Part shown: piece after piece, positions 37,787 through 50,200 of the stretch
How positions within the stretch are numbered: position 1 is the stretch's first letter
How the letters are laid out: every line of letters begins with the position of its first letter
Assembly: GCA_010909165.1 (NCBI GenBank)
Contig: MU008163.1
Coordinates: forward strand, 1,054,001-1,118,000
Source of the DNA: Anthoceros angustus
Lineage: Eukaryota; Plantae; Anthocerotophyta
Reading direction: 5' to 3'
DNA length: 64,000 nt
Position numbers and translations under genes: made by a program
The notes under the pieces: model-generated
The model's database searches: none
Told to the model about the DNA's origin: nothing
The model's input: the letters and a program-made list of their open reading frames with translations, nothing else

Positions 37787-40700
37787 TCACCATGACGTCC
37801 GATGGGCGAATGCGAGTGGCGTTCGGGAAATGTATACGGTCTGCTCGTGATCCCGACCGTATCGCAAGGCGTCTTGTATCCACCGACCGTAACCGGTCGT
37901 AATCACGGACCATTGAGGCGGGTCATGTGTTGGGTCACACTCGTACCAATGGATGTTTAGTATGAATGACCGGCCGACCATCACATTCCACTTCGAGAAC
38001 CGTAATATGCAATCAAGTATTCTTGTTGCCGATGTCCCCAACCATCTCAAATGACCCATGGACCCATGTGTTGCCCTTCGATTGGCATCTGCAGCCATTG
38101 TGCGAAAATGATACCCCTAAAATCTAGACCTCGATATTCAGAACGACAAGTCGTGGCCCATTGCTCGAGCCTTAATTTCGCCAAGTTTGGGTTGTCATTC
38201 CATGCCCCTTCGCAAGGCCCCGCCGAGCCACGCCTTGAAATCCACCTCATCATGTTGGGCATGTCTCGTCGCTACGATAGGCATCATAATTGCAGAGTGC
38301 AACAACAAGTACTGCATGCGGCCAAGATTAAGAGCCACTTGTTTGCCCATGCCAAGGGCGTTCCTCATGATCACATCGTGCACGACCGTATAAATGCCGA
38401 TGTTCGTGTGCTTCCGCCATGAACTCACTTGCATAATGCATTGCCTCCATTGCAATGTAACGCCATACTTCCTCTCTGTCCGCACGCCTAACGTGATTTT
38501 TCGGGATAAGCATGTACCTTTCCATCGGGTACATCCACCGTATGAACAGTGCCAAATAATTCTACCTCCTCCATGACATGGAATATCATATGTTGCATCG
38601 GGTTCCAAAGGTAGAGGGCATAAGCTCAAGGTGACCATGAGGTCAACAACCTCCAACTTCTTTCGGGTATCTCCGATATGTCGATTGCCTTCCCACATAT
38701 CCATCTATAAAGTTCACTTAGGCATGCAATTACCTTGTACTGGAGCATCCAAACGTCCTCTTAGCGATTGGCGATAATCTTGCATGATACAATGCCAATC
38801 ATGGCTCTTGAGTCCGCATTTTTTGGCCCCGCAGCACGACCAAGTTCAAGCCCCTAGGTGGTCTCATTGCACATATCTCATCCTTCACGCTTGAAGATCA
38901 TCCGCTTCAAGACATAAGAGGCCTCGCAAATGCAACATGTCGCCCTCCTCCACCGCCACAACCATGGCTTGGAATCGTTTGTCTCCATATCTAAACGGTT
39001 GCAATGGTGTCACTCGACCGTTTCCCCCATATGGCCTTGGCATTGTTCACTTCTACATGCATTACATCCTTTGCCCATAGCTTGTGTATGTGGGTAAGAT
39101 AAGAAAGTGCGAGGATCGTGACTGGGTTACTCCCCACACCGTGTTCCTCCTTTGCTGCATCACCGCCCAACGTGCATTTCAAGAGAACTTAACAGGTGAG
39201 GGCGTGGCATTTCGCATCTATTATCGAAAGCATCGATCCGAAATGACCGGCGGCCAGTTGCACCATCGCCGGGCACCAATGTACAGATTTTGTCTAAGTC
39301 TCACGACCAGGGCTCTAGGCCTATACCGCAATACACGGAGTGACCCGGACTTGTGTGCCAAGCAAATTTCCATCCGATATAATCACATGTTGCAACCACC
39401 GCTTTAAGCTTGAAAAATCTTTCGGTATCATCAATTGGCTTGGAGAAGTCCTCACAATCCACACCTACCCATAGCTCCAATTCCGCAACCAATGGTTGCA
39501 AGTACACGCCATGTTTGGCACCTGGGTCCCGGAATCACCATAGACATCAAAATGCGTTCCTTTTGGTGGATAGCCGTGGTGGAAGGTTTTGGATGACCGA
39601 AGCACCGCCATATTGAGTTGGAGCATGATCGGGCCGGCCGTTGAGGCCGTCTGCATAAATAGAGAGTCGAACGCTCCTATCGCTGCACCAAAATTTTCCA
39701 TGCCATCAAGAGCAACCCAGTGTGGGTGTTGGGGCCTTTATAATCCAGACTCGCCCATCCCATCGGGATGGTAAGCATGCGGTTACAACTCGCCCCCCAC
39801 CTTCATAAGAATGTGACTTGCAGCTTGTCGTGATTGGGGTAGAGAATTTGGGCGAGGCAGAGCATCCGCTAACCACCTTGAACACATCGGTGATCGCACT
39901 ATCTCGATAAGTTGTGTCTCCCCGCACGCTACAAGGGCAAGCGTGCGACAACCGATCCGAGTCGTGATGCATGCCCCATCTATGACAAACAAAGGTTTTG
40001 AGGCCTCCTCGCATCGATTGATGCCATTGATCGGATGAGGATACAAACCGCAGTAAAGGTGGACCATTGCCTCGCCATCTCGGGCATGGTCAATAGGTGG
40101 CTCGGTATTGAGTGTCGTGGCGGACTGCAAAGAATCGTGGACCATCTCGACGGTTTCGCCACCCACCCAGATCGGCCCTACATTGCGCCCGAGCCTCCCA
40201 CATGCCAGGGATGAATATGTGGAATAACTCCCGGTCGCGCGACCATGGCTTGGAATCGTTTGTCTCCATATCTAAGCAGGTTGCAATGGTGTCACTCGAC
40301 GGTCAAAATTCCCCATATGGCCTTGGCATTGTTCACTTCTACATGCATTACATCCTTTGCCCATAGCTTGTGTATGTGGGTAAGATAAAGGCCAGTCGTA
40401 GGATCGATGACTCATGAGTTACTCCCCACACTCAGTGTTCCTCCTTTGCATGCATCATGCCATGCATTTCAAGAGAACTTAGGAACAACGCTGCGAAGTG
40501 GGCGTGGGCGCATTTCGCATCTATTATCAGCATCGATGCGAAATGACCGGCGGGTGTCGGCCGGTTGCTACACCATCGCCGGGCACCAATGTCGACATTT
40601 GTCTAAGTCTGGCGACCCGGCTCTAGGCCTATCGATCAATACAGCGGAGTGACCCGGACTTACGGGCCAAGCAAATTTCCATCGGGATAATCACATGTTG

Positions 40701-41560
40701 CAACCACCGGTCTTTGCCGCGAAGCTTGAAAAATCTTTCGGTATCATCAATTGGCTTGGAGAAGTCCTCACAATCCACATACCCATACCAATTCCGCAAC
40801 CAATGGTTGCAAGTACACGTCCATGTTTGCTTTGCTTGGGTCCGGAATCACCATAGACATCAAAATCGTTCCTTTTTGGTGGATAGCGGTGGAAGGTTTT
40901 GGATGACCGAAGCCCCATATTGAGTTGGAGCATGATCGATGGCAAGCGGGTTGAGGCCGTCTGTACAAATGAAATTCGAGCGTTCCTATCGTCGGCACCA
41001 AAATTTTCCACGCCATCAAGAGCAACCCAGGCGGTGTCACCATAATCCGCATCTTACCATCCAGGCTTGGGATGGTAAGATCTTGATTCTTACCTTCCAC
41101 CGGGAATGACTTCCGAACCTTATGCGTGGTGGGGTGAAAATTTGGGCGGCGAGCAGCAATCCTATACACCAGACACCGGTGATGCACTGTCGATATTGCA
41201 TCTCACCGCTCCACGAAGACAGCGTGCACGACAAGCGTCTGGTGTTGATGCATGCCCCATCTATGACAAACAAAGGTTTTGAGGCCTCCTCGTGATTGAT
41301 GCCATTGATCGGGGACGGAGGATACAAAAGCGTGCAAAAGGTGGACCATTGCCTGCCATCTCGGGCATGGTATGAGTGTCGTGCACGGACTACAGTGCGT
41401 GGCATGGACCATCTGACGGTTTCGTCACTGCCGTGTCGGCCCTACATTGCGCAGCCCTCCCAGGCAGTTGTGGATGAATATGTGGAATAACTCCAAGGCC
41501 GTGTCACGATCATCGATCCAACAAGCGCCGGCCCTTGAAGATAGTCACTTGGTGGGCGTC
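37787..41560 (-). pseudogene. CACTA TnpD transposase (Transposase_21 / DUF4218 / DUF4216 regions)
   Basis: NMDVYLQPLVAEL, DVMHVEVNNAK, GLKSHDWHCIMQDY, RWMYPMERYM, ILNIHWYE. Confidence 0.85.
38961..41492. repeat. ~1.28-kb tandem duplication inside TnpD (38961-40241 / 40242-41492)
   Basis: ACCATGGCTTGGAATCGTTTGTCTCCATATCTAA at 38961 and 40242; GGATGAATATGTGGAATAACTC at 40209 and 41472. Confidence 0.9.
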
Positions 41561-42998
41561 CCTACAAGAGATTCAATGGTGTGTTAGAGCGGATGCATAC
41601 GCTAAGCGTGCCAAGATGCAATGGTGTGGTAAAGATGTGATGCATTCATGGCAAACCTCAGCGGCGCTATGATGTCGATTGCTGGAATGGGCGGCGCGAT
41701 GTGCCCTCACGGGATGCTCATTACCAATGCAATCGGGACATGACCTGCAATTGCGGTTGCGAGGACCATGAATCCATGTTCGCGCCCGACTTGAGTGAGT
41801 TGTTCTTGCATCTAACATTTAGACTAGAGCGTCAAAGGGTTGAGGCTAGATGGCATAAAGGGCCATTCTTGGTTGCGAAAACGGTCATCACTCGCCCGAA
41901 TTTGGGCGAACATGGCTAGAAACGGGCCTCACGCCCGGGTTCCGCCGACTGTGCGATCTTTGCAAATTATAGTACCACAGTGTGGCCCATACGGGCTGCC
42001 GTCGTCCGTACCAAATGCCGATGATATGTACCTAGCCTTGAGGTGCAAAAACCTTGGCGATTGGGTTCGCTCGACGGAGCATCAAAGTGTGCGACATCTT
42101 GAAGCTCACCAGCGTGCCAGTTCTGGCAGGTGCTTTAACAATTCGGTCGCCTTGTATGCGACTCGGGGGAATGGCCCGGCGGCCGCTCTAATCTGGGGAT
42201 GGGCCAATCCCATCGCCCGATGCCGCCCGTTCATTCCTGATTGGACACGGCCGTGACATGGACCTTGTGAGGAGTGCGCTTGAGTCTAGTTCATCGCCGC
42301 CATCGAATACGGCCGGTACCATCGCCGGGGTGAACCCCTTGTGGCGGTGGGAGCATGCTCCTCACCTCCGGCGGAGATTGCGTGCGTGCGAGGCCTTGAG
42401 CGGATGAGGTCGAGGTTCAGTATGGACTCACGGGCGTGGGCGGGTATTGCAAATTGCGGAGGGCGCCATCGACGATGGAGAAGCACTATCACATCACAGC
42501 GTCTCGGCAATGATGATGCGGGACCACGCGCCATTCGCTCCATCGCGGTGCAAGCAATGTCAGGAAGTGGTGGGTTGGATGTGCATCGAGGTTGGGGCAA
42601 GGCATGGTGGAAGCCAAGGAATTGGGCATATTTGTGGCCGATGTGGTAGAGACTCGAGGGCGTCACACATCTCTTGAACATCCCAATTGTTCTTTGAGGT
42701 CGGGACCCCGGTGAGCAAGATGTTTTGTCCCATACATTGACGAAGTTTGGCGTGATAGTTATCGACTGGAGCCACCTTTGAGGCGGGACCCGAGGCCAAG
42801 GCATCGGCGTCACGTGACGGTTGGAGACCATGCGGGTGAAGAAGCCTACTTCAGCGGTGGGCGGGAGATCCAGGACCTCAGGCTCACCAGGTGGGGGCCA
42901 AAAATTCAGGTTCGCTCTGTTGGCCCACCGTGGGATCCCAAGCGTCTGGTTGTGTGGACAAGACCCTCTCGTCCACTCCATGAATTCATCAGAGCGCC

Positions 42999-45900
42999 TG
43001 TGGCGGGACTTTTGCTGATGGCCAGCCGGGCGCGCACAATCCCGTGTCGTTGTAGGAAGAAGTCCGTTCCCAAAGGAATGATAGGCCGTTTACGCGTTTG
43101 GTGATTCTTCTGACCTTAGCGCTCGTTCGGTCTCGGCACACACACATACTCCTAACTACTCACAGCGTTCACGTGGGTATGGCCAAGCGTTTGGACCCGT
43201 TCGCGTCCGTATCGTTCACATACATCCTCACGCATCGATCCTTTCCTCTCTCCTCTCACGCTACACTCTTGATCTTAGAAAAAAGAGTTCTGTGATCGGA
43301 CCTCCTCGTCGTTCGGGCCTCCGTCCGGGCTCTACCACCCTCCGTTCCTCCGGCTCACGCGCGTTCGATCAGTTCGTGTCGGACCGCGGCTCGGACGAGC
43401 ACGGATCACGGTCACCCTTCCACACACACCACAACGCGTTAAGTCCGTCACGGGACCTTGATCAATCTCCCGGGTGCACCTTTCGGTGACTCGGGACTCA
43501 CGTTAGCAAGAAGACTCACAAAGGTGCAGAACGCGGCATCAACACCAAGAGAAAGATGCTTTACTAGGCGACCTCGGCCCTCTTATCTGCGCCCAAGGTG
43601 GCGTCTTTATTACCCCTATTACGAGGCTCGGTATACCCTAATCGACGCCTACCATTCCCCCTATCTCCTTCGCCGGTGGGAAGGTCCAGGCCCTCGGAAT
43701 GGGTGGTCAATCCCCGTCAGCGGTTGTGGTGCACCCAATCGGATGATCCGTGGCGGGCCCCTCTCTCCCGGAATCACTGTCGGGTTGGGCTCGGTGATCG
43801 ACAACGCCCGTTACCGGCGTCATCCTCCCACGGCCTCACAGGTCCTTCGTGGTGGGGCCACCCTATCGGCTCCCCTAAGCGTAAGTCGAAGGGGCTCCTC
43901 CTTCACGCCGGTCCTCGGGGTCTCGACTCACGAACCCGAGTCAAACTTCACAGGTCGAGTCGGCTTGTCTCAGGTCCGGACCTCGGTCGGTTATGTCCGG
44001 ACAGGTCCGGACCCGGTCGGACTTGAGTCGGACTTGTCAGTCCGGACTTGTCGGACTTATTCGTCCGGACTTGTCCGGCCTCCCGGGTCGGACAAAGTCC
44101 CTCACGCCCCCGGGTTTCCTCCCTCACGGGACTCCTCGTGGCTCTCCCTCGAAGTCCTCCGGTTCCCGATCGCCGGGTGACTCCGTTGGCCCCTCCTTCC
44201 ATGGTGAGGTGCTGACCCTCATCGCATCGCCCTCTCGTTCTCCTCGGTTGCTCCTCTCGCGCTCCGTCATCTCCAAGCAGGCCACTAGGGTCCTGTCTTG
44301 TCCCGTGGCCTTCATCTCCTTGAGCCTTCCGGTCCGTCCGTCTGCGGACGAGGCTTCTCGCCTTGGGAGCTCGGCGTGGTAATAGGCAAAGTCTGATCGA
44401 CTTGTTGAATTGCCTCTTCCACGTGTGCGGAGCACCGATACTCCCTCGCCATAAGTGTTGGGCGTCTGCTTGTTGGGCCACTCTCTGCCGGTTGTGGTGG
44501 GCGTGTATCACGTGAGGCTACAAGGCGGCCTCGGTCACCTCTGCCTAGCTCCACTTGCTCCTCGTCGTTTCCATCGCCGACTTACCGCCATAGCGGCGTT
44601 CCCTTCCGCCTTTCTCGGTGGACCGGTGACTTCTTTTACGCTTCCGGTGCTCGCGCTCCCGTTCATTCGGCCTTTAGCTGACTCCCTCTCCGGCGGTCGG
44701 ATACCTCCGTCCAGGCTCGGGACTTCCTCCGGCTCCTTACGGCAGCGTCCAACTCCTTGGATAGTCGCGATTTTCCTCCGTCTTGACGGGCCGGGCTTCT
44801 GTTTGTCTTGGATTCTCGTTGAGAATCACTGCTTTCTCAAGCGCATCTTGGGTTGTAGCTCGGCGTGTCCTTCTTGCCTCCTCTACCTCCTGCATTTGTA
44901 CTCGGAGATCCTCTATCTCCCAGTCTTGGCCTTCCCTGCTCCATAGCCTTTGTCACGGCCAGTAGCCTCATTTGCTTGACTCTCTCCACGGTTCGATCAC
45001 GTCATGGTGATCCGGTCGCTCTTCTTGCCAGGCTCCTTCGCCGCCTTTACAGGCCTCGCCCACTTGGCTCTGGCCGGGCCGCCTCCGGTCGAGCTCTCTC
45101 TTGTGCGGGCCTCTTCCGCCTCTGCTGCGCTTCCCTCTTCCGCAAGGTCCTCCGCCGCTTGGGCCTCCAGGCTTGCTTGCTGGTGAAGAACCTTAACCAG
45201 TCTGGCGCCCGGGCCTCGCTCCGCCATTTCCCTTCCTCGATCCGAGGGACTCCGCCTTTCCTTTGCCCTCGGCCGCCTTCACTTGCTCTTGGGTTCCACC
45301 ATCCTCCTCGGGTGGCCTCCACTTCACAGGTCTTCTCTGTACACGAGACCCCAAAGCATTCCGTCCATGTAGCGGAGACTCGCCGTGTTTCTTCCACGGC
45401 CGTGAGGCCCCACAAAGTCCGTGGGAGCCGGCATTTCTCGGTCCGCCAAGGACCTCCATACCGATCAGTAAGTCGGTGGGTTCTCGGACCTAATCGGGAC
45501 CCTCGGGTCACAGTGGTGAGTCAGTCTCACCCTCTTTGGCCCTCTTGGCCTCTAACTCCTTTGTGCCCTCTTTCTCACAGGGCTCGGAGGAGGTGAGGGG
45601 TCAGGAGCAAGCTCTTTTGCCCCTTCACTGCCGGGGCAGGACCCGGCGTGGGGGTGCGCGGTGACCTCCACTCCTTGGGCCACGTCCTTTTCGCCCTCCT
45701 TACGCCTCTTGACCTCTTGCCACTCAGGTGGCGGGGTAAGTCTGCACCAGTCTTTGCGTTGGTAAGCGGCACCGTCTTCGCCTCTTGACTCCCGGAGTTC
45801 GTCGGGGCTCGGCAGTCGTGGTTGTTGGTTTTGTTGCAGCCGGTGCGGGGCCCAACCCTCGGCATCGGCTCCCTCACTCTTGCTGCTCGGAGGGCACCAA

Positions 45901-47270
45901 AAGGAGGGGAATCGCCTCCCAAACTTCCACAGGTGGTGAGGGGTTCGCTCAGGGCGTGAGTCAGGAATCCTCGATCGTCCTCCTCCCGAGTCGCTTGGTC
46001 TTGAAGGGCGACCCCCACCTCAGGCCCTTGCACGCTCTCGGGGCCTCCTTCCGGGCGCCGCTCAAGCTCTCCCTCCTTGAGGGCTCGAAATGTCCCCATA
46101 CATGAATCGGTATGGGGTCTGATGGCGAGGCTTCGCTCCTTAGCTTCGTGCCTCTGGCAGGCGAAGATAATCCTTCCCCGTCGCTCTCTTCCCATTGGGC
46201 GCATGCGAGAATACCAGTTATCACCAAGGTGATCCACCTTGGTGGCGAGTTCAATGGACAATGATCCGGGCTACCCCTTACTCGTCCGGCGGATCGGATA
46301 TCAACCATCCGTTGGTTGTCCTGCGTTCGAGCCTCGGCGCGCGGTGGTGGCCCTATCTTCCCCTTGCCTTAAGGGGCTCGGCCACGCCCCTTCTTCCTCC
46401 TTGGCGGTTGTAGGCCATCCTCGGGACCTCAAGGTCCATCGCCTCGGGTCCTCCGGAGGTTCTTGGATCGGACCTCCTTGTTGATCGCCGGCATCTTCGG
46501 GCAAACTCCGGACTAGAGTAGCGTTGTCAAGGTCGAGACCATTTGGAACACGTCAGATGCCACTCTGCACCAATTCCCCCTGCTTCCTCCGGCCGGGCGA
46601 AGTCCGGATAGCGCGGGTCACAATGTTGCGCTCCACGGTCCATGGCTCCCAGACTCCGTCGGCTTTTGGGTGCCATTGCTTTCTCCTCCTCTTGTTCTGG
46701 CTGGCGTCGGCACGATGTTCCTCCTTCGCCGTTTGCTCCAACCAGGGCCGCTCTGGCGCCCAAAAGCGCGAGCCGGATTGCGGGCGCGAGGCTGAATGCG
46801 GAGGCTGCGCGGAAAATGACCTCCCTCCTTGGCGCTTGTGGAAAGCTTCTGGGCGGGGCGCCTCGTTGTCCGTAGCGCGAGGGCATGGCTTACTCGACCC
46901 TCGCCCGCTTACTGCGGCCTTACGCCCGCGCCGCGTGAATACTGCCTGTCCTGGCAGGGTTACGGCCTCTGCATGCCCGACCTCCACTCGGGGCCGTCCG
47001 TGGCGCCGCCTCGTCATCCTCACGCCTCGCTCCTAGGTTACTTTCACGGCGTACTTATCCTATTTTGACTGGGTGGGTTCGGACTTATCCGTTACTCGGC
47101 GTGGTCCGGAGCTTGCCATAGTGGTGCAGGGTCCGTTGTTCACTCAGTCCGGAGTATACTCGAGCCTCGTCCGGGCTACCCCAATTTATTCCTCCTTTTC
47201 CGCCTTATTTATCCTTCAATCCTAAAAGAAACCCTACTTATTTCTTAACTCCCGAAGTGCATAGCCCACA
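42999..47270 (-). repeat. 3' LTR (~4.27 kb, TG...CA)
   Basis: Starts TGTGGCGGGACTTT, ends GTGCATAGCCCACA; aligns with 52766-57268; contains a GTCCGGAC/CGGACTT array at ~43970-44095. Confidence 0.9.
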
Positions 47271-47282
47271 TACTCCCTTCTC
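47271..47282 (-). other. Polypurine tract
   Basis: Minus-strand GAGAAGGGAGTA immediately before the TG of the 3' LTR. Confidence 0.75.
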
Positions 47283-47299
47283 ATCATTGGCGTCTCCGC

Positions 47300-50200
47300 C
47301 AACACTAAAACTTCTTCACCGCCACCCGTTTACCCGAGTGGGCAGCTCTCCATCTAGGCGCCGTGGTGGGCCGGACCGTTGTCATATACTTGCACCACTT
47401 GGTACGGACCCATCCATCTCGGTGAAGTTTGCACAAATGCATGTAACGACTATCATAAAGGAGGGCGGGTCCTTCCTTTACATACTCGATTCCATGATCG
47501 TGATCGTGCCAAATCTTTGGTTTTGCTGTTGCATCTTGGTGAGCTTCTTCCATCCTCATGTCTTTGCAAACCCCAAGAGTCGCTCGGTGGCTTTCCTCTT
47601 ACGGTCTCCTTCCATCATTACTCGAAAAGTGGGCACTTCAAACTCTCACGGCATTACGGAGAGTGTCGTAGGTCAAGTAAGGGTCCGTTGTGTGGTCACC
47701 TTCTCTGCTCGGGCATACAGTGCGGATGGCGGCTTGGTATCCGATCATGGGCGTAGTTCACGTGAGTTTATTCGATCCTGCGGATGAGCCCATTTGTCTT
47801 CTCTGTCATTGGCCCATTGGATTGTAGGGTGCCGTCTTGCGATGATTGATGCGAAATACTCCGTCATGGCGGCCACCACATCATTAAGGAAATGGGTTCC
47901 CCTATCACTTACCAAGCTGCGGCGGACATCCGTGCGGGTTATGATGTTGTCTGGAATTTGGCCACGGTATTTGCGAGTCCGTTCTTGTCGCCGCCTCTAC
48001 CCACAGTGCGATGGTCCGTTGCCACGGGATGTATCTCCTTGTGTGTGTCTTGTCGTGTGTATGGGTCCAACAAAGTCAATACCCCACTTTTGAAGGTGCC
48101 GGTGCCAATATCGGTACTAGCGGCCCTGTGTCGGGGTTGGCTTCCGATCCGGGACAAGCATCACACTTCTTCCTGGTGGGTGTCCCCATACATTGTTGGC
48201 CCGATCCGCTTCAAAATCTTTTGGTGGTGACTGTCTTGCGTAGTGTCCCCCCAATCCTTCGCATTCCCTTGACGAGCTCCTGTCTGCGGTTGCAAGTACC
48301 TTCGTTCTACTCAGGCCCTAATTTGAACACACACCGTTGTACATTACGAAGGGTCGAGCATAGTGCACGAATGCCTCCCTCATCCCACAGTCGATTTTGA
48401 AGCTCCATTCCCAGTGCGCTCTATTCTTGGTCGGACGAGCGGCCCCTCCTTCCGCTTAAAATGCCCGGTTCGTAGCTTGGGGTTGGTCGGTGGGCTCCTC
48501 GGTTGTACTTTCTGCGGCAACCAATGTCTCATCCGGGGAGCATCTTCTTCGATCTCTCGCTGTTTTCAATCGTGACGAAATGCATTTTGGTCTTGCCTCC
48601 CTTGTCTTGTTTCCACTTGACGTGAACTCCTGCGGCAATATCCACCTTGCTATCCGTGACGGTCCGTCTTATTCACGGATGCTTGACGCAAAGTGGTCTA
48701 CATAGAACACAAACTCCGGTAGTAGGTAGTGTCGAATTTCTTGGACATATACCATACCCAGTGCTTGGCGCTTCTGTAGTTGTGTATTTTCGTTCGCGTG
48801 GGTGGTATCGTCGCGTAGTATACGGGATAATCCGCGCTTGTCGTCCTTCGGCTCGGCACTACTCCGATAGCGGACACATCTACATACACATGAAATTTCT
48901 GCTCGATCCGGTCCTCTTAGAACCGTGCGCTTACCAAGGTGTTACATAAATCCGAAGGCCTCCTCTCGCTCCGTGACCCGGGTCCAAACCTCCTCCCATG
49001 AAGTTACATCAACTTAGCGCCCTCTTGCAAAGTCCTTAATAAACCGTAGTATCCCACCATTCCGAAACCTCTCGGCTCCTTTAGGTTCGTGGTGGAGGCG
49101 GATGACCGGACCTTGTCTGGTCCACCTCGATTCCAGCAGGCACGATGTCAAAGATTCCCTCCGTCATTCCAAAGTAGCATTTCTCGGTGTAGGCTCAATT
49201 GAGTCTCCGGCGCTCAAGCACCTTCTTAGATGCCCAAGGTGTTTGTCCTGCTCCCCATGCACACAAAATCATCCGGAATATCTCCATGAAGTCCCTCGAA
49301 GTCACGGAAGGCGTTGGTCACCATGCATGAGCGACCACAGGCGCTCGGTCATCCCAAAGGCACTTCTCTTGTAGGCAAGCGTACCCCACTCCGTAGTGAA
49401 GGTCGTCTTGTCCCGGTCAAACTCCCTTAGGTGCAATTGGTTATATCCGGAGTAGCCATCCGGAAGGAGTAAGTAGTCCGTCCGACCACCTTGTCCAAAA
49501 TGTATCTGAATGGCATGGCCGGAAGTGGTCCTTCTCCGTTCGGCGTTGAGCTTCCTCAATCTTGGCATACCGAATCTTTGTTTCTTGGGAACCACCACAA
49601 TCGGTAGCGACCCACTCGGTTGTGATGGGGAAAATGATGTCTGCCTCCGGTACTTATCAAGGACCTCCTTCACCTTGATCGAATACTTGGGGTTGAGCTT
49701 GTATTGTCGGATTGGTGGCACGCTCACGGCTTCAAATCGATCTTATGCTCTCCACTTCTTGAATGCCCTTCATGTCCGTGACCTTGAGGCGAACACCTCA
49801 TAAAACTCCCCAGTGCTTTAGTCCTTCCTTGGTCCGGAGGCATGCCTTTCTTAAACTTCTTGCTGGCGGACCTCCACTTCTTCCACGTCCGGGTTCACCG
49901 TCTCCCGTTCGTCTTGCCTCATTGCGTCCAAACCCCTCGTCCTCCTCTGGGATCGTCCTCTCGCATCCCCATTCTCGAAGAGCTCGTCGGAGGTGAATCG
50001 TGTTACTCCGATGTCGCTTTTCCTTGGTCCGACTCTTGTTGTCTCCCCTTGTCTTTGGTCACCTCCTCTTCACTTCCTTCCTCCGGCCCGTTGTGGCGTT
50101 TACTAAAACAATCAATCACTTCCACCAAAGGCATCCCGGTAGTCCATCTCCTCCTCGGACCCGGCGGATCTTGGCGAAAGTCGCCTCCTCGGAACTATCT

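Larger units (their letters stand above)
13546..42998 (-). mobile_element. CACTA/EnSpm host element, interrupted by copies A and B and by the gypsy insertion
   Basis: Terminus CACTACTACAAAA at 13546 followed by CCGG-rich subterminal sequence; TnpD on the minus strand at 37.8-41.5 kb. The other terminus was not identified, so the extent is inferred. Confidence 0.5.
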
